From the NCBI RefSeq assembly GCF_024502345.1, contig NZ_JALDNN010000003.1: 64,000 nt of DNA; one strand, given 5' to 3'. Under the pieces are notes generated by a model that saw only the letters and a list, made by a program, of their open reading frames with translations, was not told where the DNA came from and did no database searches. This document shows positions 54,477-62,751 of the stretch, in pieces. Numbering within the stretch: position 1 is the stretch's first letter; each line of letters opens with the position of its first letter. A program made the position numbers and the translations under genes. The DNA is from Escherichia coli. GTDB taxonomy: Bacteria; Pseudomonadota; Gammaproteobacteria; Enterobacterales; Enterobacteriaceae.

Positions 54477-55334
54477 TTGAAAAAGTTACTTTTGTCTCTG
54501 CTGATTTCCATTACCTCAGCGTGCCCGCCGCTTACTCTGGCTGTTGAAAATGTATTAAACAATCGTGATGCCGCTGCGTTAATGGAAAAGGCAAAAGAAG
54601 GTGGAGTATCAACGAAACCTTTAGACGGTGTATTGGCGAAAATGAAAAGCTATAAGCCTAAAGATGCTATTTACATCCCTACTGGCGGTCTTTATTTGTT
54701 CCAGGATGAACGTTCTCAGTTGATGGCGGTGACCACTGACGGACGGTATACAATCACGGGGGGGAGCGTCATGGACATTCTTCAGAGAAAGTCAGTGTTA
54801 TCAGTAGAGGATATACGAAAGTCGTTCTTTATTAATTTAGACGACGCCCCTTTCCCTCTTGAAACTGTGGCATCGATACCTTTAGGAAACCCAAAACTCA
54901 AACGTCAAGCGGCAATATTTATTACGCTTGATTGTGACGGTTGTCAGGATTTAATAAAGAAATTCTATGATGAACGCGAAAAGTATCGGGTCGATATAGT
55001 TTTAATCCCCTCCCCCGGCGAGCCAAAGCAGGAATTGCGTCAATTATGGTGCAGTAAAGAAAAAGGCAAAGTGAATGATCTTGATATCTTGCGTTGGCTT
55101 ATGGGTAATAAGGCCGATATAGAAAAACGACTCCTGACGAAAGAAGAGGCAGAAGCATGTCCGGCTGAACCGTTAGTCGCGTCATTAATGCTGGCTGGCA
55201 TTTATAAATTACAGGGAGTCCCCTCAGTTGTAAGACAGGATGGACTCGCTGGTAATGGCATACCGAAAGATTTTGATTACTGGTTAAAACAAAGTGTCGA
55301 ACCCTTACTCAAAAACCCATTTGATACTAATTAA
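54477..55334 (+). CDS. periplasmic thioredoxin-fold DsbC-like thiol:disulfide interchange protein, 285 aa
   Basis: Signal peptide plus a CxxC active site in FITLDCDGCQDL. F-like T4SS loci commonly carry such a gene. Confidence 0.7.
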   Translation: MKKLLLSLLISITSACPPLTLAVENVLNNRDAAALMEKAKEGGVSTKPLDGVLAKMKSYKPKDAIYIPTGGLYLFQDERSQLMAVTTDGRYTITGGSVMDILQRKSVLSVEDIRKSFFINLDDAPFPLETVASIPLGNPKLKRQAAIFITLDCDGCQDLIKKFYDEREKYRVDIVLIPSPGEPKQELRQLWCSKEKGKVNDLDILRWLMGNKADIEKRLLTKEEAEACPAEPLVASLMLAGIYKLQGVPSVVRQDGLAGNGIPKDFDYWLKQSVEPLLKNPFDTN

Positions 55335-55343
55335 GGTAATGAA

Positions 55344-56294
55344 ATGAACATTAAAAAAGTTATTTTCAGCGCTCTGGTTGTTGGTTCATCTTCATACCTG
55401 GCGGGTTGTACTATTGGCAGCGCAGAATCTGAATGCCCGGGAATTGAAAAAGGAGTTATTTGTAAAGGCCCGCGTGAAGTTATGGAACTGACGAACAATC
55501 GTGATGATCTCTCCGGCCTTGGGGAGGAAGAGGCTAATTCGGGAAAGGGGAAATCGGCTGTCAATGACAGCCAGTACCCTGCCCAACTAACGCCGCCTGG
55601 CGCAGTGCAGTACCCCAAGTCGTCTGTACTTGTTAATAAGCCAGTGACATACACAACGACGGAAGTAAAACCGGTTGGACAGCTCCCGGTGATGTATGAT
55701 CAGACATTAAAAATGGGGGCGCCAACTTCAACAATTGGACCACGGCCAATCAGCGGGAATCCTGTTAATTCTAATGTACGGATGACAACGAGTTACAACT
55801 CAAATGGGTCATCCGTTAACCCCTTTTTGCATCCGTCTGCTGAAGTCGTGAAAAAAACAACTCAGGTTGTTACTCCCGCGCCTGCTCCGCGCTATGTAGC
55901 ACCAAATTCTGATATCAATGCAAGTAAAGACCTTTATTCCATTAACAATGGACAGCCAGTAAACCCTACGCTCAGCTCTGGGCAGGTACAGCAATACCGT
56001 ACACAAGGTTACAAACAGGCAGTCGTTGCACCAGAGCCTCTTGCTGTGCTTCAGCAAGGCCGCGTCATGAGAATCACCTTTGCACCATATACGGATGATA
56101 ATGACGCGCTAAATCTGCCTGGCTTTGTTTATGTGAATGTCAAACCGCAAACTTGGATTGCGGGCAAAAATTCAACATCAAATCCGGCACGAATTGTTCC
56201 ATTGGAAGTCCAGGATGCGGCTCGTGAAAATATGCAACAGCAACAGCGAGCAACGAAAGCAGTTTCGTCAAACGGTATTGTGAGACAACTCTGA
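55344..56294 (+). CDS. trhV: TraV-like outer-membrane lipoprotein, 316 aa
   Basis: Lipobox SYLAGC at residues 17-22, and position immediately before the traC-like gene. Confidence 0.75.
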   Translation: MNIKKVIFSALVVGSSSYLAGCTIGSAESECPGIEKGVICKGPREVMELTNNRDDLSGLGEEEANSGKGKSAVNDSQYPAQLTPPGAVQYPKSSVLVNKPVTYTTTEVKPVGQLPVMYDQTLKMGAPTSTIGPRPISGNPVNSNVRMTTSYNSNGSSVNPFLHPSAEVVKKTTQVVTPAPAPRYVAPNSDINASKDLYSINNGQPVNPTLSSGQVQQYRTQGYKQAVVAPEPLAVLQQGRVMRITFAPYTDDNDALNLPGFVYVNVKPQTWIAGKNSTSNPARIVPLEVQDAARENMQQQQRATKAVSSNGIVRQL

Positions 56295-56302
56295 GGTCAC
56301 GA

Positions 56303-58984
56303 ATGAGATCAGCTAACGTCTATAATAAAGAATTAAGCCGTCATCAGTTAGGTGGATTTATTCCCGTGTATGATCAGATTCCGGGTACACATTATTTTCT
56401 ACTTGACGGAAACCGACTCGGTTTTATGTTTATCTGTAGTCCGTCGCCCGGTGTCTTTGATAATCAGCAGGATGTGTTAACTGAATTATTTAAAATGGAC
56501 TTCCCAGCTGACACCATCTGTCAGACCTCATTAACTGCGCTGCCAGACTTGATCTTGCACTTAAGTGCCTGGTCTGCCGTTCGTGGTGGTCGAATGGAAG
56601 GTCATGATAAGCTTAAGGGGGATTTACTCACTGCATATCAACTGGATTATTATGACCGAAGCCTGAATGAACCTTTGAAGCCGGACCACGATAAATTGAT
56701 GCTTCGAGATTTTCAGGTCTGGATTTCCTTTTCAATTCCATTGAAGTCAGCACTTCCTTCTGAAATAGAAAAGACTCGCATTGATGCGCTTTACTCTGAC
56801 TTAATCAGTAAGTTGAATACAGTAGGCCTTTTCCCACACAAAGTTGGTGCTGAAAATTGGCTTTATTGCATGGATAAGTTATTGCATCCGGGAAAAACAT
56901 CGCGTTGGTCTGAAGGTCATGTTGAAGCTAGCACCATGAGACGCCTAAACGAGCAGATCAATGTACCGGGTCGAAAATATACAGTGACAGAGAATCATTT
57001 CTCATCTACAACGCAGAGCAATGATATTTCTGAGCATCGTTATTTCAAACAATTATCAGTAGTGAAGTTTCCAGAATTTGTAAACTTTGGCTGCATGTAT
57101 GAACTTGTAGTTAATTGGTTGAATGGACGTAAAACGATCTTTAGCCCTTTCATGATAACCCAGACTGTCCATTTCGCCGATCCTTTAAAATTATCAAGAG
57201 AAAACGTCAGATATAAGGCAATTACTAACAAACAAGCCAGTATTCCAACAGTTTTGACGTTTTGTCCAAGATTAAAGGATATGGATAATGATTACATGAC
57301 GATAACACGCGAACTGGAAGATGGGGCTCGCCTCCTACACAGTTATCTGACATTTACTGTAATGGGGAATTCAGCAGTTGATGTTCAGTCTGCCGCAGAC
57401 CAGTTAAAATCATTTTATCTGGAAAGTCGTGTTAATGTTGCTGATGACTCGTACATAGTATTTCCCTCATTTGTTTCAAGCCTGCCGATGTGTAATGACC
57501 CAAAGACAATACTAGAACTGGATCGTTTTGAGGTCGTGAGTAATACTGGTGCTGCGCACATGACCCCCATATTTGGTCCTTGGAAAGGTAATACGGACAG
57601 ACCCGTACTTAACCTTGTCTCACGAGAAGGACAGCTGTTGGGGCTGGATATCTTCAAGACTTCTGCCAGCTATAACATGGTCGTTGGTGCAACGTCTGGT
57701 GCTGGTAAATCATTCTGGGTCGCATACATCATTAATAATTATCTAGGCGCAGGTCCGCGTTCTAATAATCTGATCCATTATCGAGATACTTTTGAGGGAT
57801 TCAAAAACAATTCTTATGATGCATTTGACCCTGATGGAGCCCAGATTTTCGTAGTTGATGTCGGACGCTCATACCAAGGTATTTCGGAACAATATACTAA
57901 TAGTCAGTTTATAGACTTTGGGAAAAAGCCTGATTTTACGCTAAATCCATTCGCATTTTTGACTGATGTGACTGTTGGAGAGCGTGTTTTTGATGAAGCA
58001 CCTGTCTTTAATGACGATTCAAATAATCATGATGATGATAAGGATAAAGTAGCCCAGACCATTATGGTTCTAAACCAGTTAAAAATAATGGCATCTGAAA
58101 AAGGAAATATTGACGATTTTCAACAATCGGTCATGCTGCAACTGATTAGTGAAGAATATAACGAATCACGCAAAGTTGGACGTACAGGCTCTATTACTGG
58201 ATTTGCGCGACGCTGTTCTAACCATGAAGATAAGCGTATTAAAGATATCGGTGACCAGTTGGGGCAATGGTGTGAAGGAGGGATTTATGGGAATCGCTTT
58301 ACAGAAAATCTCCCGCCAATAAATTTTGATAGCCGGTTTATTGTTCTGGAACTTGAAGAATTGAAGGGGACCCCACACCTTCAGACTGTCGTTCTGATGT
58401 CGATTATTCAGGCCGCTCAGCATGCAATGTTTATCAAGAAAGACGGACGCCGCCGGTTGTTCATACTTGATGAGGCATGGGAGTATATCCGTCCGGACAA
58501 TGCTTCAGGTTCCAGTAATCATTCAAATCAATTTTTCTCCTCTTTCCTTGAGGCCGCTTGGCGCCGATTCAGGAAAACGAACTGTGCCGGTATTTGTATT
58601 ACTCAATCCTTTGAAGATTACTTCACCTCATCGGTTGGTCGCGCACTAACGGCTAACTCGCCGTGGAAGATCATCATGAAGCAGGAAAAGGAAAGTATTG
58701 AAGCCATGAAGGTGAACAACTACTTCTCCACAACTGATGCGGAATATGAGCGTATGAAAAATATTCGAACGGTAAAGCGTGCATTTTCCGAGATGCTCGT
58801 ACGATTCGAAAATTTCCAGGAGATATGTCGCCTCTATGTAGATAGAAAAATGGAGCTTTGCTTTACGACTGACAGCACCGATCGTGGAAAACTATGGGAA
58901 ATCCAAAGCCGACTTGATTGCTCTTACGGCGAAGCAATTGAGATTCTGTACGAACAGGAAGTTGCGAGCAAATCAGCTGCCTGA
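56303..58984 (+). CDS. trhC: TraC/VirB4-like conjugation ATPase, 893 aa
   Basis: Walker A motif GATSGAGKS and a Walker B-like RRLFILDEAW. Size and position are typical of TraC. Confidence 0.9.
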   Translation: MRSANVYNKELSRHQLGGFIPVYDQIPGTHYFLLDGNRLGFMFICSPSPGVFDNQQDVLTELFKMDFPADTICQTSLTALPDLILHLSAWSAVRGGRMEGHDKLKGDLLTAYQLDYYDRSLNEPLKPDHDKLMLRDFQVWISFSIPLKSALPSEIEKTRIDALYSDLISKLNTVGLFPHKVGAENWLYCMDKLLHPGKTSRWSEGHVEASTMRRLNEQINVPGRKYTVTENHFSSTTQSNDISEHRYFKQLSVVKFPEFVNFGCMYELVVNWLNGRKTIFSPFMITQTVHFADPLKLSRENVRYKAITNKQASIPTVLTFCPRLKDMDNDYMTITRELEDGARLLHSYLTFTVMGNSAVDVQSAADQLKSFYLESRVNVADDSYIVFPSFVSSLPMCNDPKTILELDRFEVVSNTGAAHMTPIFGPWKGNTDRPVLNLVSREGQLLGLDIFKTSASYNMVVGATSGAGKSFWVAYIINNYLGAGPRSNNLIHYRDTFEGFKNNSYDAFDPDGAQIFVVDVGRSYQGISEQYTNSQFIDFGKKPDFTLNPFAFLTDVTVGERVFDEAPVFNDDSNNHDDDKDKVAQTIMVLNQLKIMASEKGNIDDFQQSVMLQLISEEYNESRKVGRTGSITGFARRCSNHEDKRIKDIGDQLGQWCEGGIYGNRFTENLPPINFDSRFIVLELEELKGTPHLQTVVLMSIIQAAQHAMFIKKDGRRRLFILDEAWEYIRPDNASGSSNHSNQFFSSFLEAAWRRFRKTNCAGICITQSFEDYFTSSVGRALTANSPWKIIMKQEKESIEAMKVNNYFSTTDAEYERMKNIRTVKRAFSEMLVRFENFQEICRLYVDRKMELCFTTDSTDRGKLWEIQSRLDCSYGEAIEILYEQEVASKSAA

Positions 58985-59602
58985 CGTTTTAAGTTACTGG
59001 TTACCTCATTTTGTTTTGACTGAGGTATCCAGTACGTCTTTGAAGTAAATAGTTTTTAGCTGTCATTGCCTGCCCTCCCCCGAAATAATAGCCCGGGTTA
59101 AGAATATCTAGCTCGGATTAAGTCCTCTCAAACCGTCATACATGAAATTCGATTCCTTTTTCATTCTTCTTTTGAAGGTGAATGAATATGATGAAATTTA
59201 CTCCAGAATTATTCTCCCTACCAGGCTTTTGCTGTGAAGTTAATCAGATCAGGTATTATGTTTTGGGTACAAGAACCAACCAAGGTGGGTGTGGTTTTTG
59301 TATGGCAGATGCAAACATCGTTTTTACGGTTATAATAAATAACCATTATATAGATGAATTTATCGTTTTTTCTTTTAAGTCTTTGAAATAATTGGATCTA
59401 ATATCTAGATGATGGTTGTATAAACTATACGTTAATTAGATTTGAGAATGCAACTGTGATGCGATGCGTAGATATTATTAAGGTGAGTGGTTTGTTAAAA
59501 CAACCAAAAAAACAAGTAAGATCAGGTCTTATCTCCATAATAACTTAACCATCTAACTTTCTGGTTGGAATAAGAAACCATTTTAAGCTTATTCAATAAC
59601 GA

Positions 59603-59950
59603 AATTTAACCACTTGAATCGACTGACCATGGAGGAAAGCTGGTCGTGTCCCGTGGCATTTAACCCCCTTAATCGCCAGACCATGGAGGAAAGCTGGTTG
59701 CTTACCGTGGCATTTAACCCCCTTAATCGCCAGACCATGGAGGAAAGCTGGTCGTGTCCCGTGGTATTTAACTCCCTTAATCGCCAGACCATGGGGGGAA
59801 GCTGGTCGGGTACTGTGGCATTTAACCCCTTAATCGGCAGACCATGGAGGGATTATTGCCGGGTACCAGGCCATTTAACCACTTACTCGTCTGTACACGA
59901 TGGGATGCTGGTCGCGTAGCGCGGAATTGCTCCCCTATTCACCAGTTCTT
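59603..59950. repeat. tandem repeat block 1, about 6.4 units of 53-54 bp
   Basis: Units start near 59603, 59657, 59711, 59765, 59819 and 59872. The core is CATTTAACCCCCTTAATCGCCAGACCATGG. The last two units are degenerate. Confidence 0.9.
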
Positions 59951-60563
59951 TGCTAAAGGAAAGCCAGTCTAAAAGGTTTTCCGGCCAAAACTTTTTTTGT
60001 TTCACTACAGTTATTCGTCCTTCCGTTCAGCGTGATAAAATATACAAAAACGTAGAGGTAACCCATAAAAGTAAAAGAGCTTATAGACCAGCTTAAAAGG
60101 CTCGACCCGGATGCGTATGTAGTAGTTGCTGGATTTGAAAACCAGTGTACTGGACACGTGGCTGAAGCAGATACCATTAAAGAATGCATGACAATTCCTG
60201 TACGAGCGGACAGCATGTCAGGTGACCGTACGCTTGCAAAAGATGGATCACCTTCAGTCTAGTTGAGGGGGGGAGATGACTACCGCACGGAATACTTCGT
60301 TAGTGCAATAGACGACACGGATGAATTGGCCTAATTATACGAATTGCCAAAAAACTCTCTTATTGTCAATTGGGGGTATGGGCAATTCATATTGATTGCC
60401 AAATATTTTTTGGGTATTCGGGATGTCCTAACAACAGGATTTGCCGAATACCCTATTTTTTTGCCAAATATTTCGTCATTCTAAGTCGAGATCCAGGCCG
60501 AATATCTTTTAATCTAATCCACTCAATAGACAGATTCTGGTGGGATACTTATTGTGTACCGTC

Positions 60564-62525
60564 GTATTAAACCCACTTAACCGCTAGGGCGTCACGTTGT
60601 CCTGTCTGCAAGCCGAGGCAATTTCCCCTTTAGCCAATGACCACGGTGCCTGCTGGTCGGGTACCGTGGGATTTAACCCCCATAATCGCCAGACCATGGA
60701 GGCAAGCTGGTCGGGTACCGTGGCATTTAACCCCCTTAATCGCCAGGCCATGGGGAGGCTGGTCGCGTAGCGTGGCATTAAACCCTTTAATCGCCAGGAC
60801 ATGGGGTCATGCTGGTCAGGTACCGTGGTATTTAACTCCCTTATTCGCCAGACCATGGGGAATGCTGGTCGCGTATCCTGGCATTTAACCCCCTTAATCG
60901 CCAGAGCATGGCGGGAAGCTGGTCGGGTACCGTGGGATTTAACCCCCTTAATCGCCAGACCATGGAGGAAAGCTGGGCGTGTCCCATGGAATTTAACCCC
61001 CTTAATCGCCAGACCATGGAGGAAAGCTGGTCGTGTCCCGTGGCATTTAACCCCCTTAATCGCCAGGCCATGGGGAGGCTGGTCGCGTAGCGTGGCATTA
61101 AACCCTTTAATCGCCAGGACATGGGGTCATGCTGGTCAGGTACCGTGGTATTTAACTCCCTTATTCGCCAGACCATGGGGAATGCTGGTCGCGTATCCTG
61201 GCATTTAACCCCCTTAATCGCCAGAGCATGGCGGGAAGCTGGTCGGGTACCGTGGGATTTAACCCCCTTAATCGCCAGACCATGGAGGAAAGCTGGGCGT
61301 GTCCCATGGAATTTAACCCCCTTAATCGCCAGACCATGGAGGAAAGCTGGTCGTGTCCCGTGGCATTTAACCCCCTTAATCGCCAGGCCATGGGGAGGCT
61401 GGTCGCGTAGCGTGGCATTAAACCCTTTAATCGCCAGGACATGGGGTCATGCTGGTCAGGTACCGTGGTATTTAACTCCCTTATTCGCCAGACCATGGGG
61501 AATGCTGGTCGCGTATCCTGGCATTTAACCCCCTTAATCGCCAGAGCATGGCGGGAAGCTGGTCGGGTACCGTGGGATTTAACCCCCTTAATCGCCAGAC
61601 CATGGAGGAAAGCTGGGCGTGTCCCATGGAATTTAACCCCCTTAATCGCCAGACCATGGAGGAAAGCTGGTCGTGTCCCGTGGCATTTAACCCCCTTAAT
61701 CGCCAGGCCATGGGGAGGCTGGTCGCGTAGCGTGGCATTAAACCCTTTAATCGCCAGGACATGGGGTCATGCTGGTCAGGTACCGTGGTATTTAACTCCC
61801 TTATTCGCCAGACCATGGGGAATGCTGGTCGCGTATCCTGGCATTTAACCCCCTTAATCGCCAGAGCATGGCGGGAAGCTGGTCGGGTACCGTGGCATTT
61901 AACCCCCTTAATCGCCAGGCCATGGGGTGGCTGGTCGCGTAGCGTGGCATTTAACCCCCTTAATCGCCAGGCTATGGGGAAGCTGGTCTCGTAGCGTGGC
62001 ATTTAACCCCCTTAATCGCCAGGCTATGGGGAAGCAGGTCGCGTAGTGTGGCATTTAACCCCCTTAATCGCCAGGCCATGGAGAAGCTGTTCGCGTAGCG
62101 TGGCATTTAACCTCCTTAATCGCCAGGCTATGGGGAAGCTGGTCTCGTAGCGTGGCATTTAACCCCCTTAATCGCCAGGCTATGGGGAAGCAGGTCGCGT
62201 AGTGTGGCATTTAACCCCCTTAATCGGCAGGCCATGGAGAAGCTGGTCGCGTAGCGTGGCATTTAACCCCCTTAATCGCCAGGCCATGGGGAAGCTGGTC
62301 GCTTAGCGTGGCATTTAACCCCCTTAATCGCCAGAGCATGGCGGGAAGCTGGTCGGGTACCGTGGCATTTAACCCCCTTAATCGCCAGGCCATGGAGGAA
62401 TGCTGGTCTCGTACCATGGCATTTAACCCCCTTAATCGCCAGGCTATGGGGTAATGCTGGTCGGGTACCGTGGGATTTACCCCCCTTATTGCCACATCTA
62501 TGGAGTGATCCTGCTATGTCGGAAG
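60564..62525. repeat. tandem repeat block 2, about 37 units of 52-54 bp (candidate partition/incompatibility repeat field upstream of parA)
   Basis: The same unit family as block 1, head to tail without spacers, with degenerate units at both edges. Confidence 0.9.
60724..61897. repeat. higher-order repeat: a 320-bp block of six subunits (52+53+53+54+54+54 bp), 3 full identical copies plus a 4-subunit partial copy
   Basis: Block starts at 60724, 61044, 61364 and 61684. Sequence lines and the ORF-track translations (135-aa and 111-aa ORFs spaced exactly 320 bp apart) are identical between copies. Confidence 0.9.
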
Positions 62526-62659
62526 ATTGGTATTGTTGATACTTAAGAGGCTTTTGGAAGACTTCAATGAACTGCCAATTGAAATTCAATAATGCAGATA
62601 TTCCAAAATCTAAGAAAAGAATACAGAACGTTAGCGTAATAATAGAATTAAGGTTACTA

Positions 62660-62716
62660 TTAAACGCATAACGCTAAAGTATACGCATTATGCGTAAAGT
62701 TTACGTATATACGTTT
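62660..62716. promoter_or_regulatory. palindromes in the parA promoter region (candidate ParA autoregulation operator)
   Basis: TACGCATTATGCGTA (62682-62696) and ACGTATATACGT (62703-62714), with related ACGCATAACG upstream, 40-90 bp before the parA ATG. Confidence 0.45.
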
Positions 62717-62751
62717 AATTTCACTATTTAGGTAAAAGGGATCGGAAGAGA

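Noticed and set aside
52171-54494. Box-like strings exactly at the 5' ends of two tra-operon ORFs: GAAAAGCTACTTTTC at 52171 and AAAAAGTTACTTTTG at 54480.
   Set aside because: They are not rejected outright and are listed as possible sites. But these strings encode RKATFL and KKLLL at the start of signal peptides. Coding constraints on Lys/Leu-rich N-termini in AT-rich genes could produce them without any regulatory role.
59182-59391. A 69-aa plus-strand ORF in the AT-rich spacer after trhC.
   Set aside because: It has very low GC, no clear RBS and no recognisable features. Evidence is insufficient to call a gene.
59603-62525. Possible CRISPR array, because of regularly spaced repeats.
   Set aside because: The units abut each other with no unique spacers, the unit length of 52-54 bp covers the whole period, and no cas genes are present. 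It is a plain tandem array.
59589-62589. Many medium-sized ORFs on both strands inside the tandem repeats: three identical 135-aa ORFs, 111-aa and 173-aa ORFs, and the PLIARPWR / MVWRLRGLN-type sequences.
   Set aside because: They are periodic translations of the 52-54-bp DNA repeat. Both strands and several frames are open, no RBS is present, and their spacing simply mirrors the 320-bp block. They are not genes.
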